64,000 bases of DNA, taken from positions 1-64,000 of the IMG/VR virus record IMGVR_UViG_3300043331_000919; one strand, given 5' to 3'. Shown in pieces: positions 1-10,114 of this stretch. Numbering within the stretch: position 1 is the stretch's first letter; each line of letters starts with the position of its first letter. The position numbers were made by a program, and so were the translations under genes. This DNA comes from a virus. Under the pieces are notes generated by a model that was given only the letters and a program-made list of their open reading frames with translations, did not search any database and was not told the origin of the DNA.

Positions 1-2
1 GT

Positions 3-242
3 GACGGAACCAACACCTACGCCCAGTCAGGAACATCGGCTGACCTCGCGGTCGGCGACGTGGTGCGCGTCGAGGTGCGCGAGACCTCCGCTGGGACGTT
101 CGAGTACCGCCTCTTGGTTAGCGGCGACGACATCATGGCTTGGGGCGGAATCACCGCCCACGCGGCCGGAACCCTCCAGGGGGTCGGCGGCAACAACGGA
201 TTCGCGTACACGGCCGAGGACTTCAAGGTCACGCCGATCTAG
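3..242 (+). CDS. 3' end of a beta-rich protein truncated by the window edge (possible tail fibre / lectin-like domain)
   Basis: Frame of ORF 60..242 is open back to the window start (DGTNTYAQSGTSADLAVGDVVRVEVR...); Gly/Thr/Val-rich. Confidence 0.45.
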   Translation, partial: DGTNTYAQSGTSADLAVGDVVRVEVRETSAGTFEYRLLVSGDDIMAWGGITAHAAGTLQGVGGNNGFAYTAEDFKVTPI

Positions 243-268
243 CCCCAACAGCGCCATAAGCCGGGGGA

Positions 269-985
269 TCATCCGAGTCGAGCCAGCCGAGCGAGTAGCT
301 GGATCCTGGTCTGCCGGCAGAGCTCGCTGGAGATACCCATCCGCTCCCCGGCCTCCTTCAGGTTGGCCCCGTCGCAGTAGAAGGCGATCACGAAGGCGCG
401 GGCCCGCGGGGGCAGCTTGGCGAGGCGCTCTGCCACTCGTACCCGGGCGTCCGTGAGGTGCAGCATGACCTCAGCCTCGGAGTCCTGCCCGCGGGTCTCC
501 ATGACGCTATTCTCGACGTCGAGAGATCCGGCGAGTGACTTCTGGTGCAGGAGTGCCTGGCGCACGGCGGCCACGTCCTCGCCGATGGTGTCGGCGATCT
601 CCTCCATGGTCGGGTCGCGTTGCAGGCGCTCCCAGAGCTCGTCGATGGCCGCCTGCACCAGCTTCACCTTGCGCCGCGTGGCGCGCGCCAGTGGATCCTG
701 CTTCCGCTGGCCGTCCACGATGGCGCCCGAGATCCGGCGCGTCGCGTAGGTCTCGAACTTCACGCCCTGCTCGGGGTCGAACCGCTGGATCGCGTCGATC
801 AAGCCATGCTGGGCGTACGAGAGGATGTCCTCGGAGTCCTGGTAGGCCGGCGCCTTGGCCAGCGCCCGGCGCGCAAGGTACGACGCGAGGCTGGAGTACT
901 GCCGCATCAGCAGCTCCATGGCGTCGGAGTTCTGGGTCTCACCGTAGACCGCCCAGACCTCGGCGAGCTCGTCGTCGCTCAGCAC
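269..985 (-). CDS. whiG: RNA polymerase sigma-70 factor, FliA/WhiG family
   Basis: Region 2 motif DILSYAQHGLIDAIQRFDPEQGVKFETYATRRISGAIVD, region 3 LQRDPTMEEIA, region 4 HTH; start placed at GTG overlapping the upstream stop. Confidence 0.85.
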   Translation of the reverse strand: MLSDDELAEVWAVYGETQNSDAMELLMRQYSSLASYLARRALAKAPAYQDSEDILSYAQHGLIDAIQRFDPEQGVKFETYATRRISGAIVDGQRKQDPLARATRRKVKLVQAAIDELWERLQRDPTMEEIADTIGEDVAAVRQALLHQKSLAGSLDVENSVMETRGQDSEAEVMLHLTDARVRVAERLAKLPPRARAFVIAFYCDGANLKEAGERMGISSELCRQTRIQLLARLARLG

Positions 986-1368
986 AGGCACTCGCAGCCG
1001 CGGGGCTGGCAGTAGCAGGCGCTGTTGTCGACCCAGTGGTGGCGCGAGATCCTCTGGCCGCTCGCGAGGTCGAGATGGGCCACCGTGTAGCAGTGCTCGC
1101 AGCCACACCGCGTCCCGCATCGCATCGTCGCGGTGTCGATCCGGGCTCGGTGCAACAGCTGGAAGTCCGGCCCGTTCAGCCAGCGCTCCATCGCCACGAC
1201 GTTCTCGACCCGATCCGGCCGTGGGACCGGGATCAGGTCTTCTACGTTCCAGCGGCCGGAGCGAGTCACCACCTGGTCGTTCGGCAGGTCGATCTCCCTG
1301 ATGGTCTCGACGACGCCTGACGGCACGCGCAGCGTGCTCACGCCGGGGCAGATGGGCAGGTGACTCAC
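979..1368 (-). CDS. Cys-rich hypothetical protein with an internal WLD-type motif (VVAMERWLN)
   Basis: Coding part of ORF 979..1587; CxxxCxCxxC and CxC..CxCxC; stop overlaps the sigma start. Confidence 0.6.
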   Translation of the reverse strand: MSHLPICPGVSTLRVPSGVVETIREIDLPNDQVVTRSGRWNVEDLIPVPRPDRVENVVAMERWLNGPDFQLLHRARIDTATMRCGTRCGCEHCYTVAHLDLASGQRISRHHWVDNSACYCQPRGCECLC

Positions 1369-1480
1369 GCTTCCATCATCACCCCAGCGTCCAGACCTTT
1401 GCCCCAGTCTGCGACTGAACGGGCGTTGAGATGGGAACAGGTCGAAGTGAGAGGTGTCCAACCGACCACGGAGGTTCGAG

Positions 1481-1738
1481 ATGACCGGACGCGAGAAGGG
1501 CACCGCCACGATGCCCTGCCCCCACTGCGGCAACGAGCTCGCTGCGATCGCCCAGGCGGACGGCAGCCTCGCTGGCGAGACCTGCAAGAAGTGCTACGGC
1601 GGCGTCGAGAAGGCGAGCCAGCAGGAGGAGGTCCAGGGCCGCGAGGTCGCGACCCCCGAGGCCGAGGGCGCTGTCACCACCGAGGCCGCCACCGAGGAGG
1701 CCCCCACCCGGAAGAAGAAGGAGCGCAGCGATGGCTGA
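1481..1738 (+). CDS. Small zinc-ribbon protein
   Basis: CPHC...CKKC; GGAGG RBS before ATG 1481. Confidence 0.7.
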   Translation: MTGREKGTATMPCPHCGNELAAIAQADGSLAGETCKKCYGGVEKASQQEEVQGREVATPEAEGAVTTEAATEEAPTRKKKERSDG

Positions 1739-1979
1739 CGAGAAGACCGGCGAGAAGAAGACCCAGGCCCCAGCCAAGAAGACCGCGGCCAAGAAGACCG
1801 CGGCCAAGAAGACCACCTCCGGTCGGGCTCTGCTCGCCCGCGGCAAGGGCGGCGGGAAGCACAAGGGCAGCGGGAAGCGCGGCACCGACCCGGTCCTCAC
1901 CCCGGGCCAGCTCTCCGGCCTCGCCGGCGGCCCGACGCAGGACGACCTCAACCCCGCCTTCGGCGGGCCGCAGGACTGA
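1731..1979 (+). CDS. Small basic histone-H1-like protein (AKK repeats)
   Basis: APAKKTAAKKTAAKKTT repeats; overlaps the upstream gene end. Confidence 0.65.
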   Translation: MADEKTGEKKTQAPAKKTAAKKTAAKKTTSGRALLARGKGGGKHKGSGKRGTDPVLTPGQLSGLAGGPTQDDLNPAFGGPQD

Positions 1980-1980
1980 C

Positions 1981-2157
1981 GTGAGCGGCGCCCCCGTCGT
2001 ACTCCGCATCTGGCTGCCCCACCACGAGCCATCGCTCGCGTGCTGGTGCCGACCGCGGAGTCTCGATGGGGGCGCCGTGCTGCACCGGCGGATCCTCGGC
2101 CGGCCGGGCAGTCAGGAGCGCTGCATGGTTCGCCTGATCGACGGCGTCCCGGCGTGA
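1981..2157 (+). CDS. Hypothetical protein
   Basis: GTG start right after the upstream stop; HHEPSLACWCRP. Confidence 0.4.
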   Translation: MSGAPVVLRIWLPHHEPSLACWCRPRSLDGGAVLHRRILGRPGSQERCMVRLIDGVPA

Positions 2158-2333
2158 CCTACGAGGACCAGTGGAAGTGCCGCGTCTGCCGAGTCGGTCA
2201 GGTCGTGCCCAGCCTGGCCCGGGACTGCGAGCGGCGCCACGGGGTCGACCCGAAAGGTCTTGACGACCCGGTGAAGATGGTCGCGCTCTGTAGTGGAGTG
2301 GGCGTCCCCGAGGAGGGGGCGGAGGTCGCTTAG
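2154..2333 (+). CDS. Hypothetical protein (CxxC)
   Basis: GTGA overlap start; WKCRVC...RDCERRH. Confidence 0.45.
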   Translation: MTYEDQWKCRVCRVGQVVPSLARDCERRHGVDPKGLDDPVKMVALCSGVGVPEEGAEVA

Positions 2334-2506
2334 ATCTCGGGCTTACAACGAACCGGACACCTCATTCGACGTGCGACGAGTGAATAACCGGAAAGGCTCC
2401 TTCCCCCTTTCTTGAAAAGTCATGGGGGGTAGGGGGGCCTTTCCAAATCCGTTTCCTAATCTCTCTGCTCCGAGTGGTGAAAAGCCACTACGGCTAGGAG
2501 AGGGAA

Positions 2507-2890
2507 ATGCTCGAACGCGATCTTCAGAATCTCATCGTCTCGTTCTGTCAGAGGCAGAAGCTGCTCGTCTACCACACGTTCGATAGTCGGAGATCCGAGC
2601 CGGGCTTCCCGGATCTGGTGATCGTCGGCGGCAACGGCGTGGTGTACCGCGAGCTGAAGAAGCAGGACGGCCGGCTCACCCGCGACCAGCAGCACTGGCT
2701 CGCCGCTCTGGAGGCCGCCGGCGAGAACGCGGGCGTGTGGCGGCCCTCCGACTGGCCCGACAACGTCCGTTCAGACCTGAGTCACCTCACCAGGCTGACC
2801 GTCGAGCGGCCGGCGCCGACCCAGGCAGAAGTCCGCCGCGCGCTGGCGCGTCGCGGTGCCAAGAATGTTCCACCTCCCGGTATGGTCTAG
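2507..2890 (+). CDS. VRR-NUC domain nuclease
   Basis: ERDLQ...GFPDLVIV...YRELK...GRLTRDQQHWL signature. Confidence 0.85.
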   Translation: MLERDLQNLIVSFCQRQKLLVYHTFDSRRSEPGFPDLVIVGGNGVVYRELKKQDGRLTRDQQHWLAALEAAGENAGVWRPSDWPDNVRSDLSHLTRLTVERPAPTQAEVRRALARRGAKNVPPPGMV

Positions 2891-2894
2891 ACCA
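2883..2894. promoter_or_regulatory. DasR/GntR-type operator palindrome TGGTCTAGACCA
   Basis: Perfect 12-bp palindrome just upstream of ORF 2915, overlapping a TATGGT -10-like hexamer. Confidence 0.5.
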
Positions 2895-2914
2895 GCAGCG
2901 GAAGGGGGCGGCGA

Positions 2915-3559
2915 ATGTCGCAGTCGAGCATCACGACCAGGCCAGCACGGCACAAGGTCGAGTCGATGAATGGTGAGCAGATCGAACTGCTCCACATCAA
3001 CGAGAAGAAGTTCTACGAGGGCGCGAAGCAGCGTTATCTCGACGAATACTCGTTCACGATGGCGAATGACCTTCGCACGCTCGACCGCCTTCTTCTCCTC
3101 GAAGTCCAGATGTACCGCTACCAGTGGTACTTGATGGCCGGCATGGACTACGAGTCGATCGACCTCGAAGCGAAGGAGGAGGTCGAGTACCGCCGGGCCG
3201 TGAAGGAGCTCACCGCCCAGATCAACGAGACCCAGGCGGCTCTCGGGCTCACCAAGGCGCAGCGCGACAAGCAGACGGTCGACTCGGTCGGCGGCTACAT
3301 CAAGCAGCTGCAGGAGGCCGCGCGGCACCACGGCGTGAAGCGCGAGAAGGAGCTCGGCCGGGCGATCGAGCTGGTGAAGGAGCTGTTCTCGCTGTGCGGG
3401 GCGTTCCAGCGCTCGAACGAGGCGGAGCGGCGCAAGCTCGGCTTCGAGTCGGCCGAGGACATCGTCACCTGGGTGCTGGAGTACATGAAGCCGGAGTACG
3501 ACGCGATCGACGAGCACTTCCGGCAGCACCAGCAGCGCTTCTACATCCGGAAGCTCTGA
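2915..3559 (+). CDS. Hypothetical helical protein, possible terminase small subunit
   Basis: 214-aa helical/coiled ORF with good codon usage upstream of terL; function inferred from position. Confidence 0.5.
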   Translation: MSQSSITTRPARHKVESMNGEQIELLHINEKKFYEGAKQRYLDEYSFTMANDLRTLDRLLLLEVQMYRYQWYLMAGMDYESIDLEAKEEVEYRRAVKELTAQINETQAALGLTKAQRDKQTVDSVGGYIKQLQEAARHHGVKREKELGRAIELVKELFSLCGAFQRSNEAERRKLGFESAEDIVTWVLEYMKPEYDAIDEHFRQHQQRFYIRKL

Positions 3560-3900
3560 TGACGGGACACACGGGCCCGCTGGGCATCGAGGCGCCGCCG
3601 GTCCGCCTCGCGGCCGGCGTCAAGCCTTGGCCCGAGAGCTGGGAGTTTCGCCCGGGGATCGACGACTGTGACCACCAGTGGCAGATCGCGGTCGTCACCT
3701 CGGCCGACACCATCGTGAGCGAGGCGGTCGTGCGCTGCGTGGACTGCTTCAGCCCGCGCTGCGGGAGCTCGGTGAATCGGGATCCGTGCATGCTGCGCCG
3801 CCATCACGAGCACAACCACCTGCCGTGGGGCGCGTGGGTGCGCACCCGACTGCCGGAGGCGCTGGACCGCGAGTCGGTGGAGAGGTGGCTGGACGCATGA
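3559..3900 (+). CDS. Cys/His-rich hypothetical protein ending in a WLD tag (DRESVERWLDA)
   Basis: TGATG overlap start; part of ORF 3124..3900. Confidence 0.7.
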   Translation: MTGHTGPLGIEAPPVRLAAGVKPWPESWEFRPGIDDCDHQWQIAVVTSADTIVSEAVVRCVDCFSPRCGSSVNRDPCMLRRHHEHNHLPWGAWVRTRLPEALDRESVERWLDA

Positions 3901-4442
3901 CTGCGACGTGGCAGAAGATCCTGGAGTCCCACCCGGCCGGCCCGAGGTCCGACGACCCTGACTTCTGGGAGGAGTACCTCGCCGAGCACCCCGACGTGCT
4001 CCACCGCCTGCTCGCCGACGTCTACCAGGCCACTTACGGCGCCGAGAAGCCGCCGACGCTGGACGACCTGTGGGCGATCATGGCGACGCCGCGGTTCACC
4101 AGCCAGGACTTCGGGGACGCGGTACTGGAGCTCCTCGGTGACCGCAGCATCCGCTGGCTCGCGCAGCAGGTCGGCATCGCTCACCCGCAGCTGTCGCGCT
4201 ACCTGTCCGGCCAGCGGCCGATCATCAGCGTGCACGACCACCGCGGCTCCATGCGCCGCATCGAGAGCGTTGCCCAGGCGCTCCACGTCCACCCCTCATA
4301 CTTCACCGAGTGGCGACGCCTCTGGATCATGTCGCTGATCGACTCGGCCTTCGCCAGCCAGCCGTCCCTCTCGGTCGGCATCTTCCGTCGCTTCTCGGGC
4401 TTCGAGGAGCGCAACGTCCGTTCAGATCGGAGTGCGTCGTGA
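3897..4442 (+). CDS. XRE-family helix-turn-helix DNA-binding protein
   Basis: SIRWLAQQVGIAHPQLSRYLSGQR HTH; ATGA overlap start. Confidence 0.75.
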   Translation: MTATWQKILESHPAGPRSDDPDFWEEYLAEHPDVLHRLLADVYQATYGAEKPPTLDDLWAIMATPRFTSQDFGDAVLELLGDRSIRWLAQQVGIAHPQLSRYLSGQRPIISVHDHRGSMRRIESVAQALHVHPSYFTEWRRLWIMSLIDSAFASQPSLSVGIFRRFSGFEERNVRSDRSAS

Positions 4443-5185
4443 AGCTGCATCCCCCCAAGGGCGTCCTCCGTCTCGGCGCCGGCAACATCTACGTGGCCAA
4501 CCCGAAGCCGGCGTACGCCGTCGACGTGGCTCTCGACTGGCACCCACACTCGTGGGGCTGGGCCGAGATGGGCACCGACGCACGACTGGCCCGACGCGAG
4601 GGGGCGCAGCGCGACTACCATGCGCTCACCGCGTTCGGCTTCGAGGACATGCGCGACGCGAACGACTGCATCATGCACGTCCGGAAGGCGCTCAACGTCC
4701 GCCACTTCTCGATGACCCAGGTCTGCGACGACGCCAACCCGGACAAGCTCGCCCACGACCGCACCTTCTCGATGCTCGCCTACGAGGCGCCCTGGCTGGG
4801 CAAGGTCGGCGGCGACCCTGCGGTGGCCTGCCACATCGCGATCCACCCGAACTGGGTCACCGGCTTCAGGAATCCCGACGCCCCGATCGTGCGCGAGTAC
4901 GTCGACTCGATGCGCGCGCTCGACGCCATGCTCCGCTTCGCCGACGCCATGGGTTGGCTGACCACCGTCACCGGCGACTTCAACCTCCCGAAGCGGCAGG
5001 GCGACCGGGCCTACCTGACGTCGTACGACGTCTTCGAGGCGTACCGGATGCGCGTGAAGATGGAGCACATCGACGGCATCGCCTACGACCGGCGACTGGA
5101 TCTGGTCGACTGGGCCGTCGTGCACAAGGCGCGGACCAAGTCCGACCACCCGTGGGTGCTCGGCGACTTCGAGCGGGTCGCATGA
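4439..5185 (+). CDS. Endonuclease/exonuclease/phosphatase (EEP) family protein
   Basis: GNI, GDFN, IDGI and SDH motifs in the correct order. Confidence 0.8.
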   Translation: MKLHPPKGVLRLGAGNIYVANPKPAYAVDVALDWHPHSWGWAEMGTDARLARREGAQRDYHALTAFGFEDMRDANDCIMHVRKALNVRHFSMTQVCDDANPDKLAHDRTFSMLAYEAPWLGKVGGDPAVACHIAIHPNWVTGFRNPDAPIVREYVDSMRALDAMLRFADAMGWLTTVTGDFNLPKRQGDRAYLTSYDVFEAYRMRVKMEHIDGIAYDRRLDLVDWAVVHKARTKSDHPWVLGDFERVA

Positions 5186-5307
5186 TCCACGACCACGCGC
5201 CCCAGCCAGGCCCGGACTACTGGTCCTGGCGCTGCCTGGCTTGCGGAGAGCCTGTGCGCGAGCACGTTGGCCTGATCCGCCGCCTGATCCGGAGGTGGTT
5301 CGGGTGA
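5182..5307 (+). CDS. Small hypothetical protein (CxxC)
   Basis: ATGA/GTGA overlaps on both sides; WRCLACG. Confidence 0.45.
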   Translation: MIHDHAPQPGPDYWSWRCLACGEPVREHVGLIRRLIRRWFG

Positions 5308-6971
5308 GCGCCATCCCGATGCTCACCGAGGACGAGATGTACCTGGCGGCCATCCTCGACGACGCTTCGGGCGTTGAGCTCGCCGAGTTCTGCTGGATCG
5401 ACGAGGAGCAGGAGGACGCCTGCTTCCGCCTCTGGGACTACCAGTGGGTCTGGTATCGCAACGAGGCCACCTACCAGATCGACTGGTGTGGCCGAGCCGT
5501 CGGCAAGTCCGTCGGCATCCAGATGCGTGCCTTCGCGTTCCCGTTCAACTACCCGGGTGCCGAGATGCTGATCACCGCGCCCGAGCTCAACCACCTGCGG
5601 CCCATCACCGACAAGGTCGAGCACCTGTTCCGCCACACCCGGCTCGGCTCCGCGATGCTGCCGGCCACCCGCGGCGGGGGCATCAACCACCAGCCCCAGT
5701 TCCAGGCGCACTTCATCAACAACTCCCGGATCATCAGTCGCCTCCCGAACCGCGACGGCCGCGGCGTGAAGGGCATGCACCCCCTCGTCATCGAGATGGA
5801 CGAGGGGCAGGACTACCCCGACGCTGGCTGGATCGAGATCATCGAGACGATGAAGGCCGGCTCGGTCGGCGCCCAGTGGCGGGTCCACGGGGTGTCCCGA
5901 GGCATCCGGGACCGCTACTACCGCTACACCATGGGCGAGGACCCGGACATCCCCTTCAAGGTGCACCGCTATATGGCCATGCACCGGCCCAGCTGGGGCC
6001 CGGACGAGCGCAAGGCCAAGATCGCGATCTACGGCGGCACCGAGGACAACGTCGACTACCGCCGCAACATCTACGGCGACCACGGCGACGCCACCAACCC
6101 GGTCTTCGTGCTCAGCCGACTCATGGCCTGCGTCCGGATCAACGAGAGCCCGTGGGCCTCGGAGTACAACGACACCGTCTACCGGCAGATCAAGATCAAC
6201 GACGAGCTGCTGCAGTCGATCGGCAACGTCGAGCACTTCCTCGACCTGCCCGGCAACCACCTGCACGAGCGCTACTCCTCGTACTGGGGCGGCATGGACG
6301 TCGGCTTCACGCGCGACCCCAGCGAGATCCTGATCTTCGGCGTGACCAAGCACCCCAGGGACAAGGACGCCGACCTCCACCGCCTGCTCGCCCGGGTCCA
6401 CATGATGCGGATCTCGGCCGACGACCAGGCCGAGGTGGTGAAGTTCCTGATGAACTTCTACGGCGACCGGCTCCGCGCGTTCGCCATGGACAAGACGGGC
6501 AACGGCCTGCCGCTGTGGCAGGCGCTCGACCCGGAGGCCGTTGGAACGTCCGTTCACCTGCGCCGCACGCCGCAGCACCTGGCCCGGAAGATCCGCGGCT
6601 ACGGCTTCTCGAACAAGGTCGCCGTCGAGTTCGACGACCGGGAACTGAAGGGCAAGGAGCGCCCCGAGGACGCCGTCATCCAGCGCAACGTCGTCGACTT
6701 CGCCACCGACGAGCTCCGCAAGCTGGTCGACCTCAACCGCATCGAGCTGCCGTACGACCGCGAGCTGCTCACCGAGTGGCAGGGCCAGGAGATCCAGTAC
6801 CAGCGCGACGAGGGGTCCGCGGCCGGCCTGAAGTCCCGACGCTACGGCGGCGGCTCCTTCCACACCCTCGACGCGGCCAAGATGTTCATCGCAGCCAAGC
6901 AGCTGGAGGCGATCGAGGCTGCGCTGAACATCACGAGGCAGCGGGGACCGGTTCTCGCCCGATTCGGATAG
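5304..6971 (+). CDS. terL: Terminase large subunit
   Basis: Walker A CGRAVGKS, Walker B IEMDEG, nuclease motifs GMDVG, DKTGNG and HTLDA. Confidence 0.88.
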   Translation: MSAIPMLTEDEMYLAAILDDASGVELAEFCWIDEEQEDACFRLWDYQWVWYRNEATYQIDWCGRAVGKSVGIQMRAFAFPFNYPGAEMLITAPELNHLRPITDKVEHLFRHTRLGSAMLPATRGGGINHQPQFQAHFINNSRIISRLPNRDGRGVKGMHPLVIEMDEGQDYPDAGWIEIIETMKAGSVGAQWRVHGVSRGIRDRYYRYTMGEDPDIPFKVHRYMAMHRPSWGPDERKAKIAIYGGTEDNVDYRRNIYGDHGDATNPVFVLSRLMACVRINESPWASEYNDTVYRQIKINDELLQSIGNVEHFLDLPGNHLHERYSSYWGGMDVGFTRDPSEILIFGVTKHPRDKDADLHRLLARVHMMRISADDQAEVVKFLMNFYGDRLRAFAMDKTGNGLPLWQALDPEAVGTSVHLRRTPQHLARKIRGYGFSNKVAVEFDDRELKGKERPEDAVIQRNVVDFATDELRKLVDLNRIELPYDRELLTEWQGQEIQYQRDEGSAAGLKSRRYGGGSFHTLDAAKMFIAAKQLEAIEAALNITRQRGPVLARFG

Positions 6972-7020
6972 ATCAGCGGGGTTCGCAGGCGTTCGCAGGC
7001 GTTGAGCCGAAGTCCCTGAC

Positions 7021-7428
7021 ATGCCGAGCACTCACATGGCGGAGGACCGCGACTTCTCGCCGATCGAGCCTGCGGCCGAGGCTTCGTTCCTCGGTGCCTG
7101 GAGTCCGGTCAGCGCCCTGGGCCCCGCCGGGCACATCGGGCCGCCGGCCGAGGTGGAGAAGGAACTCGACCTGATCGCTGCAGCCATCCGGGTCTTCCAC
7201 ATGAAGCCCGCCGACATGGTGATGCGCGAGTGCTCGGCGTACTCCGCGCGGCTCACCGAGCTCGCGGTGCTCATCCACCGCGTCGAGTCCCAGTCGCGGC
7301 ACTGGAGCAAGCTCCGCACCCAGCAGATCCAGCGGTTCCTCGACGAGATCGACCGCCAGTGGAAGACGGCGTCGCGCCTCATCGAGGTCTCGCGCCAGGA
7401 CATCGACCTCACGAGGGGCCAGCGATGA
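7021..7428 (+). CDS. Hypothetical protein (probably leaderless start)
   Basis: ORF between terminase and portal; GCCGAAGT ends 7 nt upstream of the ATG. Confidence 0.7.
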   Translation: MPSTHMAEDRDFSPIEPAAEASFLGAWSPVSALGPAGHIGPPAEVEKELDLIAAAIRVFHMKPADMVMRECSAYSARLTELAVLIHRVESQSRHWSKLRTQQIQRFLDEIDRQWKTASRLIEVSRQDIDLTRGQR

Positions 7429-9098
7429 CGATCGAGGTAATCGAGGGCGGCGGCGCCATGCCGACCCACACCGCGGAGGGCGGGATCCCGTGGGTCAACG
7501 CCTCTGGGCAGGAGGTCAACGTCGTCCAGTCCGCGGTGGACCGAGTCGGCCGCGAGATCGCCCGGTGGGTGCAGACCACCCGCGGGGCCGACCGGCCGAG
7601 CCTGTTCAACCGGGCCGCCTACCGCCACCCGTCCTCGCCGTACGCCCAGATGGAGACCGCCCGGTCGGCCGTCGAGAACGACGACGTCATCAGCGGCGCC
7701 TGCGACGTCACCGAGGCGCTCACCTTCCAGGGCGTGAAGTGGGAGGCCGAGGACGCCACCACCGCGGACATCTTCAACCAGATCAGCCGGGACCTGAACC
7801 TCGACGAGTTCGTCCGGATGTGGCACCGCGAGGACTTCACCTACTCGCAGGCTGTGGTCGGCGTCTGGTGGGGCGCCCGGGACTACACCCCGCGGACCCG
7901 GACCCAGACCGGGAAGCGCTCCAAGGCCCGGAAGCGGGTGGCCTGCCCGATCGCGCTCACCCTGCTCGACCCTCGCAAGGTGGTCCCGCTGAAGCCCGGC
8001 ATGTTCGGGCAGGACCGGCTCGCCTGGCACGTCACCGACGAGGAGTACGCGACCGCGATCGCGTCGTACGACGACGCCTTCGGCGACGAGGTGCTGCGCG
8101 AGTTCACCGTCGGCCCGATCCGGATCACCGACAAGGCCGAGATCAACGAGCTTGACGCCATGGGCATCGACCACCGGCGCCTGCTGCTGCTCAACCCCGC
8201 CTCGGTGTTCCGGATCACCCGGACCAAGGCCTCCTACGACCGGTTCGCCGCAGTGCGCCTGAAGTCGACGTTCCAGCTGCTCGACCTGAAGCTGCAGCTG
8301 ATGGAGGCCGACCGGGTCAGCCTCGTGGGCGCTGCCAACTTCATCCTGCTGGTCCGCCAGGGCTCCAAGGACGAGCCGGCCACGCAGGAGGAGATCGACA
8401 ACCTGAAGGACAACTTCAAGGTGGTCGCGAAGCTGCCCGTCGTGGTCGGCGACCACCGGCTCACCATCGACATCATCACCCCCGACCAGGACCACACTCT
8501 GGAGTCGAGCAAGTACGACACGCTCGACCGGCGGCTCATCGCCCGAGCGCTCGGCGCGATCGGCACCGGCGGTAGCAGCGAGCGGCGCGAGACCGGAATC
8601 AGCCCGGCCCGAGGCGTCGCCCGCCAGCTGGAGGGTCGCCGGCACATGATGAAGCGGGCCCTGGAGGAGCAGCTGGCCCGTCGGATCATCGACCACCCGG
8701 CCAACGACGGGATCTTCGAGAACGAGCCGAACCTCGTCTTCACCCCGCGCAACGTCCAGCTCGACTCCGACGCCGAGATCGCCCGGTCGATCCTCACCCT
8801 GCGCTCGACCCGCGACCTGTCGCGCGAGTCGACGCTGGAGTACTTCGGGTTCGACCAGGCCGTCGAGGCGCTGCGCCGGGAGTTCGAGGAGGAGGTCTAC
8901 GACGACATCTTCAAGACCCAGGTGCCCTTCTCGTCCCCCGACATGGGCGGCGACGGGGACGAAGGGGAAGGGGAGGCGTCGCAGGTCTCCGGGGCCAGGG
9001 GCGGGCGGCCGGCCGGGGGCGGCGAGTCCCCGCAGAGCCCGCAGGGACAGAGCGGCCGGCGCACCAGCCGGGGCACCCGATCGACGAGTGAGGACTGA
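7425..9098 (+). CDS. Portal protein
   Basis: About 557 aa, follows the terminase; acidic/Gly-rich C-terminal tail; synteny. Confidence 0.72.
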   Translation: MTIEVIEGGGAMPTHTAEGGIPWVNASGQEVNVVQSAVDRVGREIARWVQTTRGADRPSLFNRAAYRHPSSPYAQMETARSAVENDDVISGACDVTEALTFQGVKWEAEDATTADIFNQISRDLNLDEFVRMWHREDFTYSQAVVGVWWGARDYTPRTRTQTGKRSKARKRVACPIALTLLDPRKVVPLKPGMFGQDRLAWHVTDEEYATAIASYDDAFGDEVLREFTVGPIRITDKAEINELDAMGIDHRRLLLLNPASVFRITRTKASYDRFAAVRLKSTFQLLDLKLQLMEADRVSLVGAANFILLVRQGSKDEPATQEEIDNLKDNFKVVAKLPVVVGDHRLTIDIITPDQDHTLESSKYDTLDRRLIARALGAIGTGGSSERRETGISPARGVARQLEGRRHMMKRALEEQLARRIIDHPANDGIFENEPNLVFTPRNVQLDSDAEIARSILTLRSTRDLSRESTLEYFGFDQAVEALRREFEEEVYDDIFKTQVPFSSPDMGGDGDEGEGEASQVSGARGGRPAGGGESPQSPQGQSGRRTSRGTRSTSED

Positions 9099-9100
9099 CC

Positions 9101-9910
9101 ATGAGCAAGCTCGACCTGCTGGGCGACCTTCGGGAGCGCTACGGCACCAAGGCGGTAACGCCCGTTGTCACCCCGGCCGATGACCAGGTGAGCGTCGAGA
9201 AGGCGTTCGTCGTGCACGCCGACTCGGGGCGCACCGTGATCACCGCGCCGCTGCGCGAGATCGCGATGACCAACCCCGGCTTCATGTACCTGCGCGGCCG
9301 GTTCGTCGGCGCCGACACCCCCAACGGCAACGGCGCGCTGTGGTCCAGCGATGACCTGCGGCTCGGGGAGAACACCGTCGCCGGCGGCCCGCTGAACTGG
9401 CTCCACGACGAGACCCACATCATCGGCTGCCTCACCGACGGCCAGCTGGTCGGCGCGGAGAAGGCCGCCGAGGGCGTCAACGCCCACCTGTCGGCCACGG
9501 CCGCGGTGTGGCGCTTCCTGTTCCCCCGGGAGGCGCAGACCATCGAGAAGGCCGCCAACGACGGCGAGCTCTACTACTCGATGGAGTGCATCAGCCGCGA
9601 GGTCGCCTGCGTCGACACTCCGGGTCGGCCGGGCTGCGGGGAGACCTTCTCCTACGGCGACTACGACGCCGGGAAGTGCTGCACCCACCTGCGCGAGCGC
9701 TCCGCGGTGCGGCAGTTCGTCGACCCGATCTTCCTCGGTGGCGCGGTCGTCGTTCCGCCGATCCGGCCCGGGTGGCACCAGGCCAATGCTGAGGTGCTGC
9801 GCCAGGCCGCGTCGCTCGCCGAGGAGAACGGCCTGGCCGCCGGCAACCGCACGCAGGAGCAGGCCATGGGACTGGCGACCGCCGTGCTCGCCTGGGCCAA
9901 CCGCGACTGA
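9101..9910 (+). CDS. Capsid maturation protease / head morphogenesis protein
   Basis: Between portal and scaffold; NGNG...PLNWLH...IIG...SME pattern resembles prohead proteases. Confidence 0.55.
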   Translation: MSKLDLLGDLRERYGTKAVTPVVTPADDQVSVEKAFVVHADSGRTVITAPLREIAMTNPGFMYLRGRFVGADTPNGNGALWSSDDLRLGENTVAGGPLNWLHDETHIIGCLTDGQLVGAEKAAEGVNAHLSATAAVWRFLFPREAQTIEKAANDGELYYSMECISREVACVDTPGRPGCGETFSYGDYDAGKCCTHLRERSAVRQFVDPIFLGGAVVVPPIRPGWHQANAEVLRQAASLAEENGLAAGNRTQEQAMGLATAVLAWANRD

Positions 9911-10114
9911 CCCGACGCCTTAACCCGCCAAGCTGCCTGGCGAACCGCCGCCACGGGAACGCGCGTTCTGATCCGACCCCAAGGCGGGTCAAGACGTACC
10001 CAGCTGTTTCCTCAACGCCCGTTCTGTTGCGGGTCTCCCCCTCGCTGCCGAAGTGACCCACTGAACGCAGGTCGAGCCCGCCTCGACCCCAGATGAGCAG
10101 TGAGGAGGAGAGGC

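Noticed and set aside
1765-1815. GCCAAGAAGACC repeats as a DNA repeat element
   Set aside because: Explained by the encoded AKKT protein repeats.
6981-7003. Tandem repeat GTTCGCAGGC x2 plus GTT
   Set aside because: A two-copy micro-duplication with no further instances seen; likely slippage.
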